From the NCBI GenBank assembly GCA_964457085.1, contig CAYWDM010000007.1:1-53215 (forward strand): a stretch of 53,215 nucleotides of DNA. The letters are read 5' to 3'. Under the pieces are notes generated by a model. The model was not told the origin of the DNA. It did not search any database and worked only from the letters and a program-made list of their open reading frames with translations. Each line of letters begins with the position of its first letter. Position 1 is the stretch's first letter. The position numbers and the translations under genes were made by a program. Of this stretch, positions 8,825 through 18,504 are shown one piece after another. The DNA is from an uncultured Pseudomonadales bacterium. Its GTDB lineage: Bacteria; Patescibacteriota; Microgenomatia; UBA1400; PJMF01.

Positions 8825-10110
8825 TACTCGCTTGGTTGACCAACCAGAAAGTTTGCTAGTTCCCTACGACCAATTTCAAGTTTATGTTTTGAGGTATTGA
8901 GTGATTTGGAAACTAACATGGCAGTGGCAATTTTCTGACCTTTTAGTTTGAATTTAACTTCGACAACAGGTACTTTGCCTTCGCCAGTAACGGGTTGGAA
9001 CCAGAGTAAGTCATCAATATCAATCAACCCAAGTTTGTTGGCGAAATCACTAGCAATGGCGCTCCGAGAACGCCCGGTATTAATTAGGGCTGAGACATCA
9101 ACTGTATTTTTTTGGTCGGTGTAAACCGAAACAATTTCTCTCGGACTGACAATTTGGAGTCCTTCTTTGGCTTTGATTTTGTCGGCAAATTTTTCGGCGA
9201 ATAATGCTTGGCTGATCTTGACGCCGTGGAGGGCATCACGAACATTGAGATCCTCCACTCTTTCGAGGCGGCGGCGCAGTCCTGCTTGGTTGGCATTTTG
9301 AATCGATAAGCCCGGATTAGCATTTAATTCCACTACCATTGGACCTTTTTCTTCATGAACAAATAAGTCTATTCCGGCGAATGCCAGATTTGCTGCCTCG
9401 GCAGCTTCGACTGCGGTTTTGAGTAATTTTTCCCAGAAGGGAATCCGAATACCATTAAGTTTTCGTTTGGTTCCAGGCAAGTATTTAATTAAGACATTTT
9501 TATTTGCAGCAGCGTGAGTGGTGATGCCTGTTGCCATGTCTACGCCAACACCAATTGCACCCTGTGACTGATTGGCACGACCTTCTGATTCGGGAGTTGG
9601 CAAACGCAATAGTGCCATGACGGGCACATGATTAAATACTACCACTCTAATATCTGGAGTACCTTTGTGTGCATATTTACGCAGTTTCGTGTGAATGGGA
9701 ACTCTTTCTTCGATAATAATATTGTGTTGGGCTCCATAGGTACTGTATTGGCCTTCAAGAATATCGAAACAATGCAGTTTAATATCATCTAGAGCCCAGG
9801 ATCTTCCAAGAGTATCAAGCCAGTGTTGGCCATCTGGCTGTTGGGAACGAAATGCAATCACGCCTTTACCGGCATTGCCGTTAGTTGGCTTGATCACAAA
9901 ATTTTTCTTGAGGTTTTGCCACTCGAAATCATTTATGTCCTCGTTGGTGGCAAGGATGCCATAAATCTCCGCAGTGGGGATGTTTTTGCTGTTGAGTAGA
10001 ACTTTGGTGGCAAATTTGGATGAACAGATACTCGCTGCTGTTTTAGAGTTCAGTGAGGTATAGAGCCGCTGCCGGGCATTCATGCCCAAGATATCTCCTG
10101 GTTTGATCAT
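8824..10110 (-). CDS. Alpha-L-glutamate ligase-like (RimK-related) ATP-grasp with a degenerate C-terminal aspartic-protease-like domain
   Basis: ILGMNAR, FVIKPTNGNAGKG, PDIRVVVF, LRLPTPESEGRAN, VELNANPGLSIQNAN. C-terminal ALINTGRSRSAI (D->N) and IGRREL. Confidence 0.88.
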   Translation of the reverse strand: MIKPGDILGMNARQRLYTSLNSKTAASICSSKFATKVLLNSKNIPTAEIYGILATNEDINDFEWQNLKKNFVIKPTNGNAGKGVIAFRSQQPDGQHWLDTLGRSWALDDIKLHCFDILEGQYSTYGAQHNIIIEERVPIHTKLRKYAHKGTPDIRVVVFNHVPVMALLRLPTPESEGRANQSQGAIGVGVDMATGITTHAAANKNVLIKYLPGTKRKLNGIRIPFWEKLLKTAVEAAEAANLAFAGIDLFVHEEKGPMVVELNANPGLSIQNANQAGLRRRLERVEDLNVRDALHGVKISQALFAEKFADKIKAKEGLQIVSPREIVSVYTDQKNTVDVSALINTGRSRSAIASDFANKLGLIDIDDLLWFQPVTGEGKVPVVEVKFKLKGQKIATAMLVSKSLNTSKHKLEIGRRELANFLVGQPSE

Positions 10111-10117
10111 GAGTTGA

Positions 10118-11107
10118 CTACTTCTTTTCTAAAATAGATTGGAAACGTATGTACTCAATTAACCGCAAGCCGCTATATCTACCGAGTGCAGTATTGATAA
10201 ATGCAATTGCAATAAGTGTTAGCTCTGGGCGTAGGAGCACAAATTGTTGTACTCCCTCTAAACTGATGAAAATTGAACAAAAAATAGCGATAAATAGTGT
10301 TTCAAGCGTTAATCTAATAGCCTCTTTTTGACTGTTAAACAGCTGGGTTTCCATGAAATTTTCACTCAGCAACATAGTAATCAGTAATGGGAAAATGTTG
10401 ATGGCGAGTGGTGATCTGAAGCCGACCATGGCAGATAAAATCAGTAGACCAAGAATTAGAATGGAAACTGCCCACAGCAACATTGCGGTTCTGGGTAGAT
10501 AAGGCAACTTAAGTCGTTTGACAATTTTGTGGGAGAAGATAGCTGCCCCAAGCACCGCTAGAAAAGTAGCCACGCCAATAATGACACCAGTTGAAACAAA
10601 TGCTACGGATAGCACTGCAGGGATGTAGATACCGTAGCCAGTGAGTCCGATGACGTGTCGACTGGCAGCAATCAGTGATGCGATGAGTGGGAATAAGAGT
10701 AATAAGACAATAATGTTAGCGGGAAGTCCCCCAGCTACAGCTCGGTGGATGACAAATTGTAGTGGATTATGCCAGCTCAATGCATTGACTGGGTGTTCAT
10801 CAAGGAAAGCAGTTAGTTTGTCTTTTTGCTTTCCACCGGTTTCAGTAAGATCTTGGTCTTTTTTGTCTTGAATAATTTGTTTTGCTTGGCTGGAGGCGGA
10901 TGCTAATTTTCCACTATCACTGGCATCAGTAGTCATGGTGGCAACTGATGGAGGTTGCAAATCCACAACACCAGTTATCGCCGGAGCACTGCTGGCACTA
11001 GGGGTACCGATTTTTGGAGTGACCGCAGTACTCAAGGTAATTGAGGCTTGTAGGCCAACAATCACTAAGAAGAATACAGTCAAATTATGAGCAGTGCGCA
11101 GGATCAT
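10118..11107 (-). CDS. 7TM domain protein (family usually fused to an inactive transglutaminase)
   Basis: LLLFPLIASLIAASRHVIGLTGYGIYIP, LPYLPR, IFPLLITMLLSENF, LLRPEL, GRYSGLRLIEYIRF. Confidence 0.85.
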   Translation of the reverse strand: MILRTAHNLTVFFLVIVGLQASITLSTAVTPKIGTPSASSAPAITGVVDLQPPSVATMTTDASDSGKLASASSQAKQIIQDKKDQDLTETGGKQKDKLTAFLDEHPVNALSWHNPLQFVIHRAVAGGLPANIIVLLLLFPLIASLIAASRHVIGLTGYGIYIPAVLSVAFVSTGVIIGVATFLAVLGAAIFSHKIVKRLKLPYLPRTAMLLWAVSILILGLLILSAMVGFRSPLAINIFPLLITMLLSENFMETQLFNSQKEAIRLTLETLFIAIFCSIFISLEGVQQFVLLRPELTLIAIAFINTALGRYSGLRLIEYIRFQSILEKK

Positions 11108-11123
11108 GCCGTATTATAGCAAT

Positions 11124-11492
11124 TTACTTAATGAAGATCCTAACAAAAGATTGAATTAGCCCAATTAACACTGAAATAGTGAGCAGCGAAAAGAATTGGT
11201 TGAGTGGAATTCCAAGCAGAGTAAGCTCTTGAATTGTAAATCCAGGTACCAGAAATGTAGCCAACCATATAATTGCCACATTAATCACCACAGAGAACAA
11301 ACCGAAGGTGACTACAGTAACCGGCAAAAAAAGTAGCTTGAGGATCGGCTTGATGATCGCTTGTAAAAACAGCAGCACAATCGCAGCTATAACTAACGTA
11401 AACCAACTGGCAAAACCAACTGCAGGTACCAACCAGGCCAACAACAGTAAAGTTAAGATACTACCAAGTATTTGTTTGAGTATATTTCCCAT
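11124..11492 (-). CDS. YvlD-like 4-TM membrane protein ('phage holin family')
   Basis: IKPILKLLFLPVTVVTFGLFSVVIN and LVPGFTI motifs. This family commonly neighbours uvr genes. Confidence 0.85.
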   Translation of the reverse strand: MGNILKQILGSILTLLLLAWLVPAVGFASWFTLVIAAIVLLFLQAIIKPILKLLFLPVTVVTFGLFSVVINVAIIWLATFLVPGFTIQELTLLGIPLNQFFSLLTISVLIGLIQSFVRIFIK

Positions 11493-11499
11493 ACTATCA

Positions 11500-12948
11500 T
11501 CATAGCACTTGACTAGTTTTGGGGGCTATTTTTTGTTTCCACAGCAAACGATGATGCTGTTTTTTGGCAAAGCGATGAGACTCATCTCTAATCTGTTGCA
11601 CCAATTTCAAAGCTGGATGTGTAGGTGGTAAAGCAATTACTTTGTAGTCTTCGATGACTCCCCGACTGATTAGCGGAATGATGAGCCGATCAGGGTCTTT
11701 GGCAATACTGATTAAAAATGGTCGAAAAGTCAGCCAGGCTGTAAATGCTGATTTTAATTGGCCTTTGCCCCCATCAATTACTACCAAATCAGGTGCCGGC
11801 CAATCAACATGCTGTTGTCTCCTCAGAATGGCCTCTTTGAGCATTTGATAGTCATTGGGAGTGTCAATTTCTTTGATATTAAATAATCTGTATTCTGATG
11901 TATCTGGCTGGCCATCAGTAAAAACCACCATTGAGACATCTGCGGCTTTACCTTGGTTATTGCTCACGTCATAGCCCTCGATCCGGTTGAAGTCGAGTGT
12001 TTTTGGCAGACTCGCATATTCATTGATTATTTTTTTCAATTGCATCAGTGCTGCTTGATTTTGAGCAAGTTGAAAAGTTGGCAATACCAGATCTGGACTC
12101 AGACGATAACTACTGCTGGTCACCTCTGCAATCAGCTCAACCTGTTTTTTAAATACAGCTGCTAGCTCAAAATGTTCATTTTCTGCTGCAGCTTTCATCT
12201 GGTCGATGATTGATTTGACAACAGTTTTCTTTTTGCCTCGTAGGAATAAGATCAAATTTTGAATGTTAGCGGTGTATATTTCTGGGGAGATGCTCCCAGT
12301 ACATGCTCCGGGACAGAGTTCAAGATGTTTGTAGAAACATGCTTTTGGCTTAATCTTAGGTGATGGGTATGAATCTAGACCCTGGTTGCACCAAGGAAAA
12401 ATTCGTCGGGCAATTCGCAATACTTCGTTTAGTTTATAGCTGCTTTGAAATGGCCCGAGGATAATGCCATTTGGTGGGTTTTTAACCAAATCATTTTTTC
12501 TCAGGCGAACAATGCTGGGATAAAGTTGTTTAGTAACGCACAGATAGAGTGGCGATTTGTCATCTTTGAGTAGCGTGTTGTAAGGTGGCTGATGGACGTG
12601 AATGAGCTCAGCTTCAATGAGTAATGCCTCGAGCTCGCTTTCTAGTACTTCAAAACGCACTTCTACTGCAAGCTGTACCATTTTTTGGATCTTGGGACTT
12701 AATGTAGCTACTCGAGTATAGTTGCGGACTCGATTCGAGAGATTTTTAGCTTTACCGACGTACAGGATGTTTCCAGCTGCTGACAAGAACGAATATACTC
12801 CCGGCGATGAGGGTAATCGCGATAACACAGAGACCCAAGATAGCAAAACTGATTTCTGGTCCAAATTTTCCGACGATTGCTGGGAGAGCGATGAGCTCGG
12901 CAGTGCCTGAGGCAATGGTTTGCTCTTGGATTTTAACGGTAAACTCAT
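11500..12948 (-). CDS. uvrC: Excinuclease ABC subunit C (short form, no C-terminal HhH); start uncertain (ATG 12948 or GTG 12828)
   Basis: LPSSPGVY..LYVGKAKNL.NRV GIY-YIG, PPYNTLLKDDK, Cys cluster, UVR motif FELAA, RIEGYDVSN, PDLVVIDGGKGQL, IRDESHRFA. Confidence 0.93.
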   Translation of the reverse strand: MSLPLKSKSKPLPQALPSSSLSQQSSENLDQKSVLLSWVSVLSRLPSSPGVYSFLSAAGNILYVGKAKNLSNRVRNYTRVATLSPKIQKMVQLAVEVRFEVLESELEALLIEAELIHVHQPPYNTLLKDDKSPLYLCVTKQLYPSIVRLRKNDLVKNPPNGIILGPFQSSYKLNEVLRIARRIFPWCNQGLDSYPSPKIKPKACFYKHLELCPGACTGSISPEIYTANIQNLILFLRGKKKTVVKSIIDQMKAAAENEHFELAAVFKKQVELIAEVTSSSYRLSPDLVLPTFQLAQNQAALMQLKKIINEYASLPKTLDFNRIEGYDVSNNQGKAADVSMVVFTDGQPDTSEYRLFNIKEIDTPNDYQMLKEAILRRQQHVDWPAPDLVVIDGGKGQLKSAFTAWLTFRPFLISIAKDPDRLIIPLISRGVIEDYKVIALPPTHPALKLVQQIRDESHRFAKKQHHRLLWKQKIAPKTSQVL

Positions 12949-14668
12949 ATGATTTGGCCATGTTTATGGCCTGATTGGTATTATAAGCGGTGACTGGGAT
13001 TCGCAGTGTTTGGAATGGTAATATTTGTTTATTTGCGTCACCCTCGTCTCTAAACTTGATTGTAGTTTTTTCGCTCTCCACTGTAGTTGCTAGGTAACTG
13101 AGATGATGCCAAGCCATACCCGTGCGGTTTTTTATCACCAGTTCATACATACCAGGTAGGGCGAATGTCCAGATTTTTTTTGGTTCAATGGTGATAGCTA
13201 AATCTGGGTTTGATTGTGGAAAGCTGTCAGCAAAGGTAACCTCAACTAACTTTTCCGGTTTTGAACCAGGTCGATATGAACCTGCGGGATATGGCAGTGT
13301 GCTGGATGATCCCTGGTAGGCAAATACTACATGATTGAGGTCAAATTGATTGAAATAGTCTACTCCACCGGTGGTGTCGCCCCAAGTTGGGTCAATTGGA
13401 ATCCAAATCTTTTGGTCTTGATCAAAATACTCTGGCCATGAATGCAAAATATCTCCTACTACACCAACTGGTCTGAGTTGTGAGTCTTGAGTTTGCGAGT
13501 ATCCGGTGGCTCTGCGACTGGGGATCCCATTAGCTCTGGCGAGAGCAATAAAGAGATCGGTATATTCTTGGCAGGTAGCGTTTAGAGGCTCTTGCATCGC
13601 TCCCAAGGCACCAAGTCTCTTGAGGTTTTGGGTCAAGGGTGCAGTCGTATATTCAAGAGTTTCAACAACGGTCTTGTAAATACTTTCTGGATCACTCGTT
13701 GTTTCAGCAAGTGTTTTGATTTCGCTATTTTCAATTTCCCAGTAGTCTTGGTTTGAAAAATGGTTGTAGTTGGGATTTGACTCTGGTATGGATGTATTTC
13801 TATCAAGTCTGACTTGTGCAAGTGCAGAAACTAAAACTCGAAAATCAGTGTTTGGTTCAAGTCGGTAAGTTGCAATCCAGTTGCCATCTGCGTCGGTTTT
13901 TATTTCAAGCGGTGATGGATCAATTTTTTGATAATTGAGACGTTGTAATTGAGTGTCTGGAGGTAGTGTGATCTGGGAAAGCACCGGTTGACTTCCAGGG
14001 TTATCGAGTTGGTACTGCAGATTGAGTTGGTAGATTTGGGAGGAACCAAAAATTGCAGAGATGCCAGCATCTTTAATTTTTTTGAAGTGTGAAACAATCA
14101 TTTGACCCTCGGTAGTAATGCTTGAGGGTGTTGGGGCACTCCTGACCGGTTGGCCAAATCTTACTGGTGTATAGAGATTTATTGAATAATTATTGTACTC
14201 AGTTGCGTTGGCAAGTTTGGGTATGGTTACCTCGAGAATTTGGCCACTGAGTTGTGCGTTATCTGGATTTTGATATTTGACTGTAAAATGAAGCTGCTTA
14301 CCCTCACCGACGATTTTTTCAGGGAACTCGATTCCAATGGAAGTGACTAGACCATCATGAACGACTTCAGCTGTGATGGGTTTGTTGTTAAAAAGTACTG
14401 TGACATTTTTGATGCCCTTCGAGCTCAGTTTTAAACCATAGCGATTAATGAAATAAGCAGGTGTTTTATTAGTGATGGTAAATTGATGTTCAACACTACT
14501 CAGGGCATTTTCATCAACTCGATAGTTGGTGACCAGATCAACAGTAAAATTAGTATCAGCTATCGCCGGTGTGGGTACGATCAGTCCAATACAGCTGAAT
14601 GCAAATAAGGCAAAAATAGATTTAAAAAATCGTTTTGCAACCTCACTAAATAGCGACACTACACGCAT
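12752..14668 (-). CDS. Secreted, C-terminally anchored transglutaminase-like protein
   Basis: Signal peptide, ATCQEYTDLFIALARANGIPSRRATG, LHSWPEY, WIPIDPTWG (Cys-His-Asp), C-terminal TM followed by a basic tail. Confidence 0.88.
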   Translation of the reverse strand: MRVVSLFSEVAKRFFKSIFALFAFSCIGLIVPTPAIADTNFTVDLVTNYRVDENALSSVEHQFTITNKTPAYFINRYGLKLSSKGIKNVTVLFNNKPITAEVVHDGLVTSIGIEFPEKIVGEGKQLHFTVKYQNPDNAQLSGQILEVTIPKLANATEYNNYSINLYTPVRFGQPVRSAPTPSSITTEGQMIVSHFKKIKDAGISAIFGSSQIYQLNLQYQLDNPGSQPVLSQITLPPDTQLQRLNYQKIDPSPLEIKTDADGNWIATYRLEPNTDFRVLVSALAQVRLDRNTSIPESNPNYNHFSNQDYWEIENSEIKTLAETTSDPESIYKTVVETLEYTTAPLTQNLKRLGALGAMQEPLNATCQEYTDLFIALARANGIPSRRATGYSQTQDSQLRPVGVVGDILHSWPEYFDQDQKIWIPIDPTWGDTTGGVDYFNQFDLNHVVFAYQGSSSTLPYPAGSYRPGSKPEKLVEVTFADSFPQSNPDLAITIEPKKIWTFALPGMYELVIKNRTGMAWHHLSYLATTVESEKTTIKFRDEGDANKQILPFQTLRIPVTAYNTNQAINMAKSYEFTVKIQEQTIASGTAELIALPAIVGKFGPEISFAILGLCVIAITLIAGSIFVLVSSWKHPVRR

Positions 14669-14713
14669 AGATAGTTAGTATTGTAACTTGCCTGGGTGAG
14701 TTACTGGAACCAG

Positions 14714-17707
14714 TTACTTCATCAAGCGAAACTCTTCTGCCAAGTATTGACCAGTGAATGACTGTTTTTTGGTCGAGACACTGTGTGGAGTGCCGACGCA
14801 CAAAACTTCACCGCCGTACTCACCACCTTCTGGACCGATGTCGATGACCCAGTCAGCATTTTTGATCACATCCAGGTTATGTTCAATGACAATTACGGTG
14901 TTGTTTTGACCAACGAGCTTGTTGAGTACGTTTAATAGTTTTTGGACATCAGCAAAATGTAAGCCAGTAGTGGGTTCATCAAGCAAATACACCACATGAT
15001 CGGTAGTTCGTAGACTGAGTTCGCGTGCCAGTTTTACCCGCTGTGCCTCGCCTCCGCTGAGTGTGGGTGCTGGTTGACCAAGTTTGAGATACCCAAGTCC
15101 GACATCAATTAAAGTCTGGAGTTTGCTGGAAATAGTGCTGTGACTGCTGAAAAAGGCATTCGCCTCATCAATAGTCAGCTCGAGAATTTCGGCAATGGTT
15201 TTATCTTTGTAAGTGACTTGTAAGGTTTCTTCGTTATACCGTTTGCTATGACAGACATCACAAGTTACATAGACATCTGGTAAAAACTGCATCTCGATTT
15301 TAATTTGGCCATCACCTTGGCATGATTCGCAGCGACCACCCTTGACGTTAAAACTAAATCGACCTTGGTTATACCCGCGCACTCTAGCCTCTTTAGTGTT
15401 GGCAAAGATCTTGCGAATGTAATCAAAAATCTTGGTGTAAGTAGCAGGATTGGACCGTGGAGTCTTGCCGATAGGACTTTGGTCAATTAATGAGACTCGA
15501 CGGACAATATCTGGAATCAAAATCTGATCAACTTTTCCTGGATTGGTATCGAGTTCATGACCTAAGTGCTTAGCTAAATGCGAATAGAGCGTGTCATGTA
15601 GCAGGGTTGATTTGCCTGAACCTGAAATGCCAGTGATGCAAGTAAGTGTATTGAGCGGAAACTCAACATCAATGGATTTGAGATTGTGGTGACTGGCACC
15701 GCGAATCTGGATAGCACTATGATTCTTAATACTCACTGCCTCACTGTCTGGGTCAAGATAAACTTGTTTGGCTTTGGCAGTGACAGAGTTTTTAATGTCG
15801 CTACGAAGCACATCCTTTTTTCGAGACAAATATTTGGCAGTTAGAGATTTTGTATTAGTGAGTAATTCCGTAGGAGTGCCTTGGGCCACGATTTCGCCAC
15901 CTTCTCGGCCAGCTTTCGGTCCAAAGTCTACGATGTAGTTCGCTGAAAGCATCACATCACGATCATGTTCGACCACAATGACGCTATTTCCCTGATCGCG
16001 TAGGTTGTGGAGGGTTTTGATTAGCTGGTGATTGTCACGGGGATGTAGACCAATGGTAGGCTCGTCAAGAATATAGAGCACGCCAGTTAAGCCGGTGCCA
16101 ATTTGTGACGCCAATCGAATTCGTTGCGCTTCTCCACCCGCTAAGGTACCTGCCTCTCGGCCGAGTGTGAGATAGTTTAGACCAACTGATGACAGAAAGT
16201 TTAACCGTGCGGTGATTTCTTTAATGATTGGCTGACAGATGGTGAGTTCTTTAGGTGAGAGGTCAGATTCAGTTAGCAAAGTGCGACTCCATTCCAGTGC
16301 ACGCAAAATAGTTGATTCTGTGATCTCAGCAATTGTTTTGCCGGTGACAGTCACAGATAGTGCTTCAGGTTTGAGTCGTTTGCCGCTACAAGCCTGACAT
16401 GTCTCTCGGGTCATGAACTGTTCAATTTCTTTGCGAATAAAATCACTTTCGGTTTCGCTGTATCGTCGTTCTAGGTTAGTGATAAAACCCTCGAATTGTT
16501 TGGAAATTTGGGTCTCTTTGCCAAATCGGTTTTCGCCACTGACGTCGTACACCTTATCGGATCCATGCAGCAAAATGTGCTGAAACTCTGGTGTCATTTC
16601 TTCAAAGATTGATTTGCGGAAGTCATAGCCAGCCTCAGCCACCACTTGTTCAACCAAGCGAGCCCACCAGCTATCAGTGCCCATGACTCGTGCAAATGGA
16701 ATGATGGCACCTTCGCTCAGCGACAAACTTGGGGCCACAAATTTTTCAGGATTGATTTTTAAAATTGAACCTAAACCATGACAGGTTTCACAAGCTCCTT
16801 CCGGTGAGTTAAATGAAAATAAGCGAGGTTCTAATTCTTTAACGGAGATACCACAGTGACTACAAGCCAAGTTTTCGCTAAACAAACGGTCAACCGTTTG
16901 CTGAGGATTTTCTGGGAAAGTAAAACTTTGGTCCTCGATCCAAGAAATGGTGGTCAGTCCAGTTGAGAGCTTGAGTGATTCTTCAATTGATTGCGACAAA
17001 CGACTTTTTAAGGTTTTTAGTTCTTGAGCATCTTTGAGTTGCACGGTGCTGGTGCTGATGCGATCTATCAGAACAGAGATGGTGTGTTTATTGGTTTTAA
17101 TCAGAGTCAGGTCTGCAGCCAAATCATAATATTTGCCGTCAATGCGTGCTCGTGAATAACCTTTTTTAATGAGGTTGGCAAACAAGCCACTGAATTCACC
17201 TTTACGATTTTGAATCACTGGTGCTAAGACGACAAAACGTACTGGCTGACCTTGTGCTCTCTCTTTAGCTTCCTCAACCACATGGCCGATAATTTGGTCG
17301 ACAGTTTGAGTGCTGATCTCGCGACCACATTGTGGACAATGTGGATGGCCAATTCTAGCAAACAGCAACCGCAGATAATCGTAGATTTCAGTGATGGTGC
17401 CGACGGTGGAACGTGGATTGTGTGAGGTAGTTTTTTGGTCGATTGAAATTGCTGGTGAGAGTCCAATAATTTGGTCTACATCGGGTTTATTCATGATGCC
17501 CAAAAATTGTCTGGCGTAGGAACTCAGTGACTCCACATAACGGCGTTGACCTTCCGCATAGAGGGTGTCAAAAGCCAAAGAAGTTTTGCCACTGCCCGAC
17601 AAACCGGTGAAGACTACCACCTGATTTTTTGGGATTGTGAGGTCAATATTTTTGAGATTATGAGCACGAGCTCCAGTGATGATGATCGAGTCTAATGAAT
17701 TGGGCAT
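14714..17707 (-). CDS. uvrA: Excinuclease ABC subunit A
   Basis: GARAHNLKN, GLSGSGKT, EGQRRYVESLS, Zn fingers, second Walker A GISGSGKST, LSGGEAQRVKLA. Confidence 0.99.
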   Translation of the reverse strand: MPNSLDSIIITGARAHNLKNIDLTIPKNQVVVFTGLSGSGKTSLAFDTLYAEGQRRYVESLSSYARQFLGIMNKPDVDQIIGLSPAISIDQKTTSHNPRSTVGTITEIYDYLRLLFARIGHPHCPQCGREISTQTVDQIIGHVVEEAKERAQGQPVRFVVLAPVIQNRKGEFSGLFANLIKKGYSRARIDGKYYDLAADLTLIKTNKHTISVLIDRISTSTVQLKDAQELKTLKSRLSQSIEESLKLSTGLTTISWIEDQSFTFPENPQQTVDRLFSENLACSHCGISVKELEPRLFSFNSPEGACETCHGLGSILKINPEKFVAPSLSLSEGAIIPFARVMGTDSWWARLVEQVVAEAGYDFRKSIFEEMTPEFQHILLHGSDKVYDVSGENRFGKETQISKQFEGFITNLERRYSETESDFIRKEIEQFMTRETCQACSGKRLKPEALSVTVTGKTIAEITESTILRALEWSRTLLTESDLSPKELTICQPIIKEITARLNFLSSVGLNYLTLGREAGTLAGGEAQRIRLASQIGTGLTGVLYILDEPTIGLHPRDNHQLIKTLHNLRDQGNSVIVVEHDRDVMLSANYIVDFGPKAGREGGEIVAQGTPTELLTNTKSLTAKYLSRKKDVLRSDIKNSVTAKAKQVYLDPDSEAVSIKNHSAIQIRGASHHNLKSIDVEFPLNTLTCITGISGSGKSTLLHDTLYSHLAKHLGHELDTNPGKVDQILIPDIVRRVSLIDQSPIGKTPRSNPATYTKIFDYIRKIFANTKEARVRGYNQGRFSFNVKGGRCESCQGDGQIKIEMQFLPDVYVTCDVCHSKRYNEETLQVTYKDKTIAEILELTIDEANAFFSSHSTISSKLQTLIDVGLGYLKLGQPAPTLSGGEAQRVKLARELSLRTTDHVVYLLDEPTTGLHFADVQKLLNVLNKLVGQNNTVIVIEHNLDVIKNADWVIDIGPEGGEYGGEVLCVGTPHSVSTKKQSFTGQYLAEEFRLMK

Positions 17708-17949
17708 ATTTTTTGTTCAACTTGTTGGTTTAAATCTGGTGTCTTTGTAATTAGTTCGGTTACTTTTTGGCCGAAAGTAATCCATCATTATACCGAATAA
17801 ATACCGATTTGAGTAGGCTAACATCCATACAGTTATGGTGGTTTTAGGGGTGTCGCTTGCGTGGTGGTTTTTATGTGGAGGATGGGTAAATTGGGGTTAC
17901 AATTTTCACACTTTGCTTTTCACTCATATCTGGTGATATATTTGAATAA

Positions 17950-18438
17950 ATGACGAATATTTTGAACCCAATTCCAGACAATGAAGTAGATGTTAAGCCA
18001 GAACTTGATGCAGTAACAGATGCTGAACAAGCACCAACTGAGCCCACTCATTTACCTGCAGGACATGGATTTAAGGGAAATTCATTTTTCCGCAAACGAT
18101 TGAAATTAATAGTAGGTGTGTTTTTCTTTGCACTGTTGAGTGTTGGTGGAGTGGCTGCGTACCTGCTTAGTCAATCCTCTCAAGATTTAAGACAGCAAGC
18201 AGCTGGAACGGCTTATATCAAGTGCGTCACTCCAGCTAATTGTCCAAAGGGCAATCTTTGTATAGATGGGAAATGCTCCAATAAGAAATGCACTGGGGAA
18301 AATAAACAAGAGTTTCAAGCAGGGAATTGTTGTGCCGGTTTAGTGCTTAAACGTGTGGAAATCTGCACTCCAATTCAAAAGATTCTACATAGATGTGTCC
18401 CTGTAGAAGGAGGATACAGAGAGTGTCGGAAACCGTAA
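17950..18438 (+). CDS. Single-pass membrane protein with a Cys-rich (10 Cys) extracellular domain
   Basis: TM LIVGVFFFALLSVGGVAAYLL, then SQDLRQQA, then 10 cysteines including a CC pair. Confidence 0.7.
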   Translation: MTNILNPIPDNEVDVKPELDAVTDAEQAPTEPTHLPAGHGFKGNSFFRKRLKLIVGVFFFALLSVGGVAAYLLSQSSQDLRQQAAGTAYIKCVTPANCPKGNLCIDGKCSNKKCTGENKQEFQAGNCCAGLVLKRVEICTPIQKILHRCVPVEGGYRECRKP

Positions 18439-18504
18439 TACTACCTCTTTCATTGAATATGTTCACCTCACAAACGAGTACATTGATGGGTTTAACGTTT
18501 TGCT

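Noticed and set aside
11124-11492. 'Phage holin' as evidence of a prophage
   Set aside because: YvlD-like proteins are common chromosomal uvr neighbours. No integrase, capsid, terminase or lysin genes are seen in the window.
17760-17780. Imperfect palindrome upstream of uvrA as an SOS/LexA box
   Set aside because: No matching copy found upstream of uvrB and no match to LexA boxes I know.
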